NCBI RefSeq assembly: GCF_001194135.2 | Contig: NC_068983.1 | Location: 29,768,436 to 29,801,976 of the forward strand | Direction: 5' to 3' | DNA length: 33,541 nt | From: Octopus bimaculoides | Taxonomy: Eukaryota | Part shown: in pieces, positions 1-10,444 of the stretch | How the letters are laid out: every line of letters starts with the position of its first letter | How positions within the stretch are numbered: the first letter of the stretch is position 1 | Made by a program: the position numbers and the translations under genes | Notes under the pieces: generated by a model | Seen by the model: only the letters and a program-made list of their open reading frames with translations | What the model was told of the DNA's origin: nothing | Databases searched by the model: none

Positions 1-83
1 TAAGTCAGAAATTCAAGTGTCATCCATAAGACTGCGTACGTTATGGTCAAGTTCCAAAAGAGGCCTATACTTATATATATATA

Positions 84-478
84 TCTTTTATCCTCTACTT
101 GTTTCAGTCATTAGTCTGCAACCATGCTGGTGCACCGCCTTGAAGGACTTTTAGTCGAATCGACCCCAGTACTCAGTTATTTTAAGGCTGGTGCTTATTT
201 TATCAGTTTCTCTGCCCGACCGAAAAGTTACGGGAACGTAAAGACACTAACAACAGTAGTCAAACGGATGGGGGGGGGGAAACACAAGCATAAAGACGCA
301 CACATAGATACATACATATATACGACAAGCTTCGTTTGGTTTCCGTCAACCAAATTTACTCAGAAGGCTTTGGTTGGCCTAAGGCTATAATAGAAAACAT
401 TTGCCTAAAGTGTTACTCAGTGTGACTGAAACCGGAACCATATGGTTGGGAAGCAAAATTTCTACCACACAGCCACAC
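84..478 (-). mobile_element. tRNA-derived SINE, family A (internal (TA/TG/CA)n microsatellite), diverged full-length copy
   Basis: Reverse complement aligns by eye end to end with 6794-7225 (head TGGCTGTGTGG, internal microsatellite, tail GACTGAAACAAGTA). ORF 124-390 is SINE-derived. Confidence 0.85.
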
Positions 479-654
479 ATATGAATTATATGTGTGTGTG
501 TTTCGTTGATGTATATAAAACCCTGTACTGAAACAACAAGTATTTTTACGCTTAACTTTGCTTAATTACAAGGTGTACTTTTCAAATCAAATATTCATCA
601 TATGCACCACGAATCAAACCCAGTCTCAAATCAAACCCAAGTATCTTTAAGACA

Positions 655-920
655 CTAAGAGCACATTCAATGGTGTAGTCCTAGATACACTATGTTATAA
701 AAACAAAGATGTGACAATTATGACTGGAATGCCATTTTGTCATAGGTGTAGCTGGAATGTTATGAAGCGACAAAACAACAAGAACAAATGTGGAATATAA
801 AATAACATACGAAATTTGTAGGTATGGCTATGTTATAGTTATCGTTGTTGTTTAACCGTTGGTGAGCCCTAATCGACCAGACTTATGATCAAAGGCATAT
901 CAGTCAAGATCATCCAGAAT
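655..920. repeat. Two oppositely oriented fragments of a dispersed repeat tail (family D, consensus ...GGCTGGAATGCCTTTGATCATAGG...AAACAACAAC)
   Basis: The motif TATGATCAAAGG...CCAGCC.TGACCATCC recurs at about 845-915, 1355-1400, 2715-2790, 13645-13725, 18770-18850 and 22700-22760, and inverted at 655-785 and 15040-15080. Confidence 0.6.
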
Positions 921-1534
921 TTATCTCGGTCTCAGGTAGAGATTTGGCAGCGTCGAGCAGCATACATTACAGTTTTTTTTATGTTTGCTCTTCTATTCTC
1001 CAAGTTCAAATCCAACCAAGAATATTTCTTTTCTTTTCAACCTTAAAGTTACAGTCAAGTACTAGAATCGATTCCTCTTCCTTCCCTCCTATCTTTTCCC
1101 TTCTTTCCTTCCTTCTCACTCTCTCTACTACTACTACTGCTACTAATTTATCTCCAGAAAGAAACCAGCTTTGTTCAAACTAGAAGGATGGGTTCCACAA
1201 GTTTTAAAATACTCATGACAATCCCCCTACAGCTTCCCCGAGAGTTGAGAGCCCCTAATAAAAGAAGAGTATCTAGGGCTACGTTATTTAATGCCCACCT
1301 CACTGTTTTAAGACGGTGGAATATTTTAAAGAATATTTTGTTAGATTATTGTCTATATTTAGCCCCAGATCAGTCCTGACCGGGTAAACTTATGATCAAA
1401 AGCGATAAATCTGTCGTCTGTCGTCAATGATAAATCTGTCGTCTGATGAACATTTAAGAAATAATCATCCAAGGTGTCTCTAAGTTTTTTGAAGATGCGG
1501 CAGGGTTTTGACTATTATTTATAGCATGTCGAAG

Positions 1535-1705
1535 GCTAGTAGAATCGTTACCGCACCCGAACAAAAAATTCTGTGACATTTCTTCCGGATCTTTACGTTT
1601 TAAGTTCAAATACGTTGAGGTCGGCTATGCATTTAATCCTTTCCGGGAAGTTATCGACTTTTAACCTTTAAAACTACTGGCCTTGTGCCAAAATTAGAAA
1701 GAAGT
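1535..1705 (+). mobile_element. tRNA-derived SINE family B (Nin-domain type), degraded
   Basis: B-box-like AGTTCAAAT, GAGGTCGG..TGCATTTAATCCTTTCCGGG, and tail GGCCTTGTGCCAAAATTAGAAA shared with other copies in the window. Confidence 0.7.
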
Positions 1706-1914
1706 TATACCATGTCGGAGGTCCACCTAGAAGCACTCGTAAATACCATAGTTTATATCTGTATTTCCTAATAACTAACATTTAAACATCTTTTCGGGTT
1801 GTTAGCAGTCACAAATGACGCACTAAATTAAACTATTCTTTACATTGAACGCCAGTAAAATAGTTCCGTTTGTTCAACTGTCCAGTTTTTCTCTGATAAA
1901 TATAACGTGTTATT

Positions 1915-2522
1915 GACATCAATTGTGACACTTCAAATGTTATGGTTTTTATAATTGGATGAGCGCGGGAAGGACAGATAGAAAACTAAATGTATTTCAT
2001 CAAAGGTGCTTTAGAAAGATGCTGAGGCTCAGCTGGTGGGACTGTGTCACAAATGAGATCATGAGAAGAGCGAGATCACAACTACTACAAGAGATTGCAC
2101 CAACTGAGCGGCGATTTCGTTTGGCTTGCTACATTTTCCGTGTAGCTGAACAAAAGCACTCGAAAACGGTCAAGACTTGTGTACACAAGTCGGTAGGCGT
2201 ATAAGGATCAGGCCGAACATCTCAAGATGACAGGAAAACAGTCAATATTACATGGAATTGACAGGGCGTTGAGCCTGCAGTATCGCTGCCAAACCGGAAA
2301 AAAAAGCTTAGCGGCATTTCTTCAGACTTTCCGTTCTGGGTTCAAATGCCGCCATTCTTTCAGCACCCTCCTCCCTCCTCCACAATTGCTGGCCTTGTAC
2401 CAAAATTTGAAACCGATATTATATGGAATGGTTGTACAGGAGTAGCAACCAACGAAACCTGATGGATGAAGGTTACCGCTCAATGCGCTGAGCAGCGCAG
2501 AAGAATCAAAAGCTAAAAACTG
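1915..2522 (+). pseudogene. 3' fragment of an RTE-clade non-LTR retrotransposon ORF, split by a SINE
   Basis: KLNVFHQRCFRKMLRLSWWDCVTNE..RR...ERRFRLA (1959-2204) matches the post-RT RTE motif. After the SINE the frame resumes as W...WMKVTAQCAEQRRRI*, an RTE-type C-terminus. Confidence 0.75.
2259..2415 (+). mobile_element. Internally deleted family B SINE with target-site duplication
   Basis: Head (GCTTAGCGGCATTTC...GGGTTCAAATGCCGCC) is joined to the tail (GGCCTTGTACCAAAATTTGAAACC). Flanks are ATATTACATGGAAT (2245-2258) and ATATTATATGGAAT (2416-2429). Confidence 0.75.
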
Positions 2523-3479
2523 ATTTTGTTGTTGTTGTTGCAGTTGTTGTTGTCGATCGAATTGTGGCCATCCCGTCTTTTCAAGAGGTCTCAAGCACAT
2601 CATTTTAATGCGGCCTTCCCATTTTTTAACGGTAAGTTCCTATTTAAGGATATTTGGTTGTTATTTCTAAAATATCAAACGACTGTATTGCGGTTTACTC
2701 GATGGTTCACCTTGTTGCTGTTTAACCCGAGGTCAGCCCAGATGGAACAGCCCTTTAATCAAAGGCGTTCCAGCCGTGAACATCCTGCCTTTTTTTTTAT
2801 TTATTAATTTTCTTGTAAATACATCTTGGATTACATTATTCAATACATTTTTTTTTTAACACGGGAAGAAGTCATTTGAGAAATATTTGACTGCAGTGCT
2901 GAGCAGATCAAGTAGTGCGACCTCAGAGGGGTCCGAACACTCGTTGTTTTGTAACCCTATTTCTGCATAAACACACTGCTTTCGTTTCAATTCATTTTGA
3001 AAATAATGAAGAATTTAGTAAAATAATTTTATCGTTATTAAGCTAGTGTTTGGGATATAAATAAACATAGAATTTTGATAAAAGGCTTTAATTTAGATAA
3101 CTTGAAAAAAGCATTGAATCTGTATCATAAAATCAGGGGCGGTCTCAGGGGTGGGGTGATATCAAAAGCGTTCCAAAACAGAGCTTGGAAAATACCCAAT
3201 TCAGAACTTTACCATCAAAGCTACACAGCAATATTCAGGTAAAAGATAGATTTAAAAAAACAGCAAACCACAACGATAACTGCAGAGAAAGAGATAGAGG
3301 GGAAAGAGAGACAGACAAAGATAGACAGAGAGACAGACAGACAGAGAAAGACTGACAGAAAGTACATTAAATTTTAAGAATAGAAAACCATTACTAAATG
3401 AAAAGCAATACTGACGCAGCTTCGTCATCTCACTATCACGCAAATTTGTAAATCGGTATAAGCTTGCCAAGATACTCAC

Positions 3480-3752
3480 TTTATTTGATGCTTTCATAGG
3501 CTGGCAGTTGTCTATTGGTTGACTCAAATCCAAAGTTGAGCCGCTTGAAGAACGCTCGATACTCAGTTCGAATACATTGTTCTCATATTCTGGGGTTTCT
3601 TCATAACTGTTTCGCCATGAGGTCGAAGAATAAGACGAATCGGCAGTAATTCCAGAGTCCCGTTTCTCTAACTTAGGGTAGAAACCGTCTCTCCGTTTCA
3701 CACATTCTGAGGATTCATTGTCTGTTGTTACAAAGCTAGTCTCCATCTCCAT
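3480..3752 (-). CDS. Probable first coding exon (91 codons) of an unidentified gene running off the left edge; S/E-rich disordered N-terminus with DSGITADS
   Basis: Non-repetitive natural codon usage. Acceptor TTCTTTTTAG at 3777 is followed by 24 nt containing an in-frame TGA, then ATG at 3752. Perfect donor AAA|GTGAGT at 3479 (phase 0); alternative donor CA|GTATTG near 3411. Confidence 0.65.
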
Positions 3753-4099
3753 TGTGTATCACAACAAAGCTTCTTTCTAAAAAGAATATTCGTTTAATAA
3801 AACTTATATCGAAAGAATCATGAGAAGAGAGGAGAGAAAGAAGAAATAAAAAGCTGCTTTCTGTTCTTTTACTTCTCTTTTTTTTTCTTCCTTTTTTAAT
3901 ATAATTGAAATAAAGAATGTTTACATTTTTCTTTACATGTCATCCGAATAGCTGAGAGTATATAGCATGGTTTGTTGAAATGAATGTATGTAAGCCTATA
4001 TATGTGTATGTGTGTGTGTGTCTCTGTGTGAGTGTCTGTGTGTGTGCGGAGTACGTGAAGTTATGGACCGACGACAATAACAACAATAAAGGCTTTCCA

Positions 4100-4330
4100 G
4101 TCGACCAGTCTCAAACGACCAATTGGCAGGACAGCGTGTTATTATTCGCTCCACTTTCTCATGATCGACTTACACAGCGTGACCAACTCCATTACTGCCC
4201 ATTAACTTAAAAATGTAAAAGAAGATCAGGGGGAAATCGCATGAGAAGCAAACGCAATATCACTACAAATGAGACACACCAATTTCGTAGGTATTTGAAT
4301 ATTCATCATGCCTATTCTATTGGTTGTTGG
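4100..4330 (-). promoter_or_regulatory. Candidate promoter / non-coding first exon for the minus-strand gene
   Basis: Unique sequence with CCAATTGG (4119-4126), CCAAT (4279-4283) and ATTGG (4319-4323), plus a minus-strand GTAAGT donor at 4173-4168 that could splice to the 3777 acceptor. Confidence 0.3.
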
Positions 4331-4351
4331 CTTTGTATAGGAGACGCCCCC

Positions 4352-4428
4352 ATTTTTCTTTTTCTTCTTCTTCTTCTTCTTCTTCTTCTTCTTCTTCTTC
4401 TTCTTTCTTTCTTTCTTTCTTTCTTTCA
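4352..4428. repeat. (CTT)n followed by (CTTT)n microsatellite
   Basis: Direct reading. Confidence 0.95.
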
Positions 4429-4646
4429 TTTGCTCTTATGATTGTTGTTGTTGGTGGTGGTGATGGTGTTGAGTGGGGGGGGGCCCAAGGAAAAAGAGAA
4501 TTTCGTTCTCATCGCAGTTTTTGCTAACGCCCCATCCCCCACCTCTCTGTCTCACAATGAATCAACTACCAACTGCATCATTACACCACTAACAACTTCA
4601 CCGTTCGAGAATATCTACTTCAAAATATGTTTTAAAAATTATCATC

Positions 4647-4662
4647 AATGACATGAACAATA

Positions 4663-4713
<51 letters not shown>

Positions 4714-4831
4714 TAAAAGAGCATCACATCAAACCACAGCACATACCCAAGGCACACAAAGCTGCGCTCGGTAATGAAGCGAAAGCACATTATAAAAATA
4801 AAACTACTGAATAATAACAACAACAACAATA

Positions 4832-4884
<53 letters not shown>
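4647..4884. repeat. (AAT)n arrays interrupted by a ~100-bp unique insert (4713-4810)
   Basis: (AAT)n at 4647-4712 and (AAC/AAT)n at 4811-4884. The insert ends ...AAAATAAAACTACTGA|ATAAT; I recall it as the 3' UTR of an octopus Dong/R4-like LINE, unverified. Confidence 0.8.
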
Positions 4885-4887
<3 letters not shown>

Positions 4888-5343
4888 GGCTACAGCAAAT
4901 ATTCTGCTCAATGCCACAGATTTGCTTGTCAGTTGCTTGACCTTAACCAGTTGAACATGTCCCTTAATGGATGATGTTATGTGCATCTCTGATCACGAGC
5001 AGAAGTAGTGCGGGAGCATCATAGCCATGTGTTGAGAGGAATTCTTTGGGGTTTGAATAATTCACCTCTGGAAACATGGGTGATTTGTTCATCATCCTTA
5101 AACAAACCTTATTCTAGGACCTTTTGAACAGGATGGGCTACTCAAACTGAAAAACTTCTAGCTGAGTCCCACCTGCAAGGTCGTTCGCTATTTATCTTGA
5201 TATAAGTTCACCATGTTGCGCACATGTGATCGTGATGCATGTGCCTGGTGTACCTTTATCAGACGGGTAGTAATGATGGGTATATTGGGCTTCGTATAAT
5301 TGTACCCCAGTGTCACTTTGATGGCATGCACTGCTCTCTCACA
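4885..5343 (+). mobile_element. Non-coding retroelement 3' segment, family Y, copy 1 (5'-truncated, embedded in (AAT)n)
   Basis: Highly similar to 9569-9851. Both copies end ...CTC(A)(C/T)..AATAATAAT but start at different 5' points, consistent with 5' truncation. Confidence 0.7.
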
Positions 5344-5355
5344 TAATAATAATTA

Positions 5356-5537
5356 TAATCCTTTCTACCATAAACATAAGGCCTGAAATTTGTGGGGAAG
5401 AAGCTAGTCTATTACATCGACTCAGTAGTTATTTTATCGACCCCGAAAGGATGAAAAGCAACTCAGCCGAAATTAAACTCGCAGTGCCACTAAGCATTTT
5501 GTCCGGTGTTAGCAATTTGGCCAGGTCGCTGCCTTAA
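5356..5537 (-). mobile_element. Family B (Nin-domain) SINE
   Basis: TTATCGACCCCGAAAGGATGAAA core and tail CCTTTCTAC..AAGGCCTGAAATT on the + reading; head ends GCCTTA. Confidence 0.8.
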
Positions 5538-6079
5538 TGGTTTCAGATTGTGGCACAAGGGCAGAACAGCTGAGATTTCATTTGATCGATAATTATTTTA
5601 GTGAATGTGAGTGCTACAGAGTATGACTTGGTGACGGTGAAATTGTTGAATTTTGGAAACACTGGTTCTGTTTCTTCGACTTTTTTGAAATTTGTAAATT
5701 TCTTTTTTGTTTACTTCGTGGATTTCAGTATGTTTTGACGCAAACTTATAGTTGGGATAATTTTTGCCAAGTGATTGTGACAATTAAGTTCATGTAATAG
5801 AAGGTTATTTGCGAGAAATAGTTGTTATAGTGGTTTGGTGAGAGATGTGTAAGCAGTCGGTTTACTTGCCCTCATGGGCGACGTCAGAAGAGGAGGTGGA
5901 TTGAAGCACATTCATTCGTGTAGGTGTGTACTCATGCATCATTGTACTTGTTTTGTTTTGTTTTATCCTCAAAGTGGGGGAATCCAGTAAACGACGATGA
6001 TGCTCCTCTTCTCAGTCTGGGCAGTGGTTGATACTGCCCTTTGGACTAGTCTTTTAACTTCTCTTAACATTTGTTTCTT

Positions 6080-6381
6080 ATTTCTTTATTGCCCACAAGG
6101 GGCTAAACATAGAGGGGACAAACAAGGACAGATATAGGAATTAAGTCGATCACATTGACCCCAGTGCGTAACTGGTACTTAATTTATCGACTCCGAAAGG
6201 ATGAAAGGCAAAGTCGACCTCGGCGGAATTTGAACTCAGAAAGTAACGGCAGATGAANNNNNNNNNNAGGATGAAAGGCAAAGTCGACCTCGGCGGAATT
6301 TGAACTCAGAAAGTAACGGCAGATGAAATACCGCTAAGCATTTCGCCCGGCGTGCTAACGTTTCTGCCAGCTCACCGCCTT
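6080..6381 (-). mobile_element. Young family B (Nin-domain) SINE with 24-25 bp TSD
   Basis: Intact A/B boxes (TGGCAGAAACG; GAGTTCAAATTCC) and core GCCGAGGTCGACTTTGCCTTTCATCCTTTCGGAGTCGATAAATTAAGTACCAG. TSD AACTTCTCTTAAC(A/T)TTTGTTTCTT at 6056-6079 and 6382-6405. Confidence 0.9.
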
Positions 6382-6793
6382 AACTTCTCTTAACTTTTGT
6401 TTCTTCTTGTCTTATGAAGCTCTGTCATGTGAAACCAGTCTTTGTGACTGCTGCAAAAGATCCGCACGAAACTGGGTGCAGGTTGCCCTAGACTATAATA
6501 AACCATGCAGAGCTCTCACTGCAGCTATTGTTAATGTTGTTGTTGCTGCTGGTTGTAATGCTTGTTGTCAAAGTGGATGTGATGGTGGTGGTGCTGGTGT
6601 TAATTGTAATTGTCTCAGTTAGGTGTGTTAGGAGTTGAGGTATTTCTGTTGATGTCTGCTTCTAAAGTATCCGTGCAAGAAGTTCTTGTAGTGGAGACGG
6701 TGGTAATGATCACCAATGCTTTCAGATTGTCATGGGTAACTGTAATGTTATTGTTGTTACTACTAAAGCGAAAACCATCTTACTCCCAATATT

Positions 6794-7225
6794 AGGCGTA
6801 GGAGTGGCTGTGTGGTAAGTAGCTTGCTTACGAACCACATGGTTCCGGGTTCAGTCCCACTGCGTGGCACCTTGGGCAAGTGTCTTCTACTATAGCCTCG
6901 GGCCGACCAAAGCCTCGTGAGTGGATTTGGTAGACGGAAACTGAAAGAAGCCCGTCGTATATATATGTATATATATATATGTGTGTGTGTGTATATGTTT
7001 GTGTATCTGTGTTTGTCCCCCCAGCATCGCTTGACAACCGATGCTGGTGTGTTTACGTCCCCGTAACTTAACGGTTCGGCAAAAGAGACCGATAGAATAA
7101 GTACTAGGCTTACAAAGAATAAGTCCTGAGGTCGATTTGCTCGACTAAAGGCGGTGCTCCAGCATGGCCACAGTCAAATGACTGAAACAAGTAAAAGAAT
7201 AAAAGAGTAAAAGAGTAAACGAGTA
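6794..7225 (+). mobile_element. Family A tRNA-SINE, full length, best copy
   Basis: A box TGGCTGTGTGG, B box GGTTCAGTCCC, CORE-like CCTTGGGCAAGTGTCTT, internal (TA)n(TG)n at ~6958-7012, tail GACTGAAACAAG(TAAAAGA/G)n. Confidence 0.9.
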
Positions 7226-7387
7226 AATAACAACCCCACCAAAACTAAACTCAAATCTGCCTACTTACAATATGGAATGCTTTAACTGCAATATATTTTA
7301 CGACCCCAAGGGACACAAGTTATGCTCTGTTGTAACACGTTATAAAAATAAGACTAATGAAAGACAATAGTTATTTTTGTTGATTCT

Positions 7388-7690
7388 GGTTTTAGGCACA
7401 AAGCCAGCAATTTTTAAGAGGATTGAGTTAGTCGATATGATCGACCTCATTGCTTTACTTGTACTATATCTTATCGATCTCAGAGTGATAAAAGGCAATT
7501 TGAACTTGGCGTGGTTTGAACTCAGAATATTCCAGCTCTTTACATTCTGAGTTGAAATCCATTCAGGTCAATTTTGTTTTCCTTCTTCCAGGGTCAATAA
7601 AATAGAGTAAAAGCTAACTACTGGCGTCGATGGTATCAACTTACCCCTTTCCTTAAAACCGATAGTCTTGTGCCTAAATAAAAAATAATC
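7388..7690. mobile_element. Two degraded family B SINEs in opposite orientation (7388-7530 -, 7538-7690 +)
   Basis: TTTGAACTCAGAA versus TTCTGAGTTGAAAT; tails GGCACAAAGCCAGCAATTT and GTCTTGTGCCTAAAT. Confidence 0.65.
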
Positions 7691-7698
7691 ATCATCAC

Positions 7699-7750
<52 letters not shown>

Positions 7751-7765
7751 GTTGTTATCATTATT
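7688..7765. repeat. (ATT)n expanded SINE tail
   Basis: Direct reading; contiguous with the SINE 3' end. Confidence 0.9.
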
Positions 7766-7979
7766 AAGGCGGTTAGCTGGCAGAATCGTTATCACTCCGG
7801 GCAAAATGTTTAGCAGCATTTCGTCCGTCGTTTCGTTCTGAATTCAAATGCCTTCAGGGGTGATGTTGCCTTTCATCCTTTCGAAGTCGACAATTTAAGT
7901 ACCAGTGAAACACTGAGGTCGATGTAATCAACTGGTCACCACTCTCAAATTTTCAGGCCTTGTGCCCATAGTAGGAAGG

Positions 7980-8044
<65 letters not shown>

Positions 8045-8073
8045 CATTATCATCATCATTATTATTATTATCA
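7766..8073 (+). mobile_element. Family B SINE (7766-7980) with ~90-bp (ATT)n tail
   Basis: TAAGGCGGTTAGCTGGCAGAATCG head, GCCTTTCATCCTTTCG core, GGCCTTGTGCCCATAGTAGGAAGG(ATT)n. Confidence 0.85.
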
Positions 8074-8074
8074 T

Positions 8075-8519
8075 AGGCGCAAGAGTGGCTGTGTGGTAAG
8101 TAGCTTGCTTATCAACCACATGGTTCTAGGTTCAGTCCCACTGCGTGGAACCTTGGGCAAGTGTCTTCTACTATAGCCTTGGGCTGACCAAAACCTTGTG
8201 AATGGATTTGGNNNNNNNNNNNNNNNNNNNNNNNNNNNNNNNNNNNNNNNNNNNNNNNNNNNNNNNNNNNNNNNNNNNNNNNNNNNNNNNNNNNNNNNNN
8301 NNNNNNNNNNNNNNNNNNNNNNNNNNNNNNNNNNNNNNNNNNNNNNNNNNNNNNNNNNNNNNNNNNNNNNNNNNNNNNNNNNNNNNNNNNNNNNNNNNNN
8401 NNNNNNNNNNNNNNNNNNNNNNNNNNNNNNNNNNNNNNNNNNNNNNNNNNNNNNNNNNNNNNNNNNNNNNNNNNNNNNNNNNNNNNNNNNNNNNNNNNNN
8501 NNNNNNNNNNNTATGTATG

Positions 8520-8554
<35 letters not shown>

Positions 8555-8795
8555 ATGTATGTATGTATGAAGTTATGTATGTATGTTTGTGTGTCTGTGT
8601 TTGCCCCCCTCCCAAAAAAAACCGCTTGACAACCGATGCTGGTGTGTTTACGTCCCCGTAACTTAGCAAAAGAGACCGATAAATTAAGTACTAGGCTTAC
8701 AAAGAATAAGTCCTGGGGTCGATTTGCTCGACTAAAGGCGGTGCTCCAGCATGGCCGCAGTCAAATGACTGAAACAAGTGAAAGATTAAAAGAGA
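8075..8795 (+). mobile_element. Family A SINE spanning a 300-N gap
   Basis: Head at 8075-8211; microsatellite and tail at 8512-8795 match 6794-7225. Confidence 0.85.
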
Positions 8796-9282
8796 TTATT
8801 ATTGAAGAAAATTCACCTTAACTGGAACAGCTATGGCCGGTCATAAAGTGTATCATGAATATCTGCAATGTCTAGAATATAGATAACAATTGTCACCTGC
8901 CTGGTGTAGTTTCTGAAAAAATACACTACATGATATCAGAGTGTCCTACATTAGCTGAAAAATAAAGGAATGCATCTAAGTAGTTGAAGAACGTGCCTAT
9001 CATACGTCTGTGATACGTTAAAGAGCGTGTCTATCAAACTGGAATGATTCGCACCAAATTCTGCAAACTCATTCACATAATACATGTAACTCACTCACAT
9101 AATACCTATAAGGATCGTCATTGGCACGATCCAGAAAATAGCGACACTACGAACTGTAGATATTGTTAGTGTAGCCTTTCACATCATTCCTTAACCTTGA
9201 CCATTTTTATGCATGTTTTCTAAGATTTACCAACTTCTTTTTATCTGTAGGAAAGATAATTTTTGGCGTATTTCTCAAATCA

Positions 9283-9301
9283 TTACTACTACTACTACTA
9301 C

Positions 9302-9344
<43 letters not shown>

Positions 9345-9366
9345 TATGATAATAATGATGACGACG

Positions 9367-9430
<64 letters not shown>

Positions 9431-9468
9431 GAAGAAAAAGAAGACGAAGAAGAAGAAGAAGAAGAAGA
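9283..9468. repeat. Compound trinucleotide microsatellite (ACT)(AAT)(GAT)(GAC)(AAC)(AAG)
   Basis: Direct reading. Confidence 0.95.
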
Positions 9469-10076
9469 ATGCCCGGATGCAGTACCAGGCAGTGGCTCTC
9501 ATGGCTTCTGATCTTAACTGATTGGAAGTTGTTATGTACATTGTTTTGTCTTGGTATAAAAAGTTGGACTACAGCAAATATTCTGCTCAATACCACAGAT
9601 TTGCTCGTCAGTTGTTTGACCTTAACCAGTTGAGCATGTTCCTTGGTGGCTGACGATATGTGCATCTCTGATCATGAGCAGAAGTAGTGGAGGAGCATCA
9701 TGGCCATGTGTTGAGAGGAATTCTTTTGAGTTTGAATAATTCACCTTTGGAAACATGGGAGTTTTGCTCAACATCCTTAAACAAACCTTATTCAGGGACC
9801 TTTTGAGCGGGATGGGCTACTCGACCGGAAGAAAATTCTAATTGGGCCCCANNNNNNNNNNNNNNNNNNNNNNNNNNNNNNNNNNNNNNNNNNNNNNNNN
9901 NNNNNNNNNNNNNNNNNNNNNNNNNNNNNNNNNNNNNNNNNNNNNNNNNNNNNNNNNNNNNNNNNNNNNNNNNNNNNNNNNNNNNNNNNNNNNNNNNNNN
10001 NNNNNNNNNNNNNNNNNNNNNNNNNNNNNNNNNNNNNNNNNNNNNNNNNNNNNNNNNNNNNNNNNNNNCATTCTCA
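9469..10076 (+). mobile_element. Family Y retroelement 3' segment, copy 2 (spans gap 9852-10068)
   Basis: Shares ~280 bp with copy 1, extends ~100 bp further 5', and re-emerges after the gap as TTCTC(AAT)n. Confidence 0.7.
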
Positions 10077-10084
10077 ATAATAAT

Positions 10085-10270
10085 AATCCTTTCTACTACA
10101 GGGGAAGGTGGGGAAATTCTAGGGGGAGGGGCTAATAGATTACATTATCCCCAGTACTTATTTCATCGACTCCAAAAGGATGAAAACCAAAGTCGTCCGC
10201 GGTGAAATTTGAACTCATAATGTAAAGCCGAAATAAATGTCGCTAAGCATTTTATCCAGCTCCCCACCTT
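10085..10270 (-). mobile_element. Family B SINE
   Basis: TTTCATCGACTCCAAAAGGATGAAAACCAAAGTCG..GAAATTTGAACTCA; tail CCTTTCTACTACAGG. Confidence 0.8.
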
Positions 10271-10444
10271 AATAATTTTTTCTTGATAATTGAATTTAGG
10301 ATTCAGTGTACAAAAAACAATTTTTTAAAAAGTGATAATAGCATAAGTGGGAAGTAAAACTAAAATACAATTTATAAAACGAACGGAATTTACGAATCAA
10401 CTATAATATAAAATATTAACAAATAACTTCTTGAATTTTAACCT

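Noticed and set aside
1403-1446. CTGATGA...GAAA hammerhead-like motif and a 24-bp tandem duplication
   Set aside because: No helix II pairing between CTGATGA and GAAA; the duplication is an ordinary slippage event.
6227-6327. Apparent tandem duplication inside a SINE
   Set aside because: It straddles a 10-N gap, so it is an unmerged contig overlap (assembly artefact).
6407-6795. Cys/Gly-rich and Thr-rich ORFs
   Set aside because: Decayed GTT/GGT/GCT simple repeats with stops and no convincing splice frame.
6794-6870. tRNA genes at SINE heads (also 20304, 27793, 30162)
   Set aside because: A/B boxes are present but there is no complete cloverleaf, and each continues into a SINE body.
8885-8970. 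CHLPGVVSEKIHYMISECPTLAEK resembling an RLE-LINE CCHC knuckle
   Set aside because: Too short and degenerate, with no downstream PD..D/E motif; possible but unsupported.
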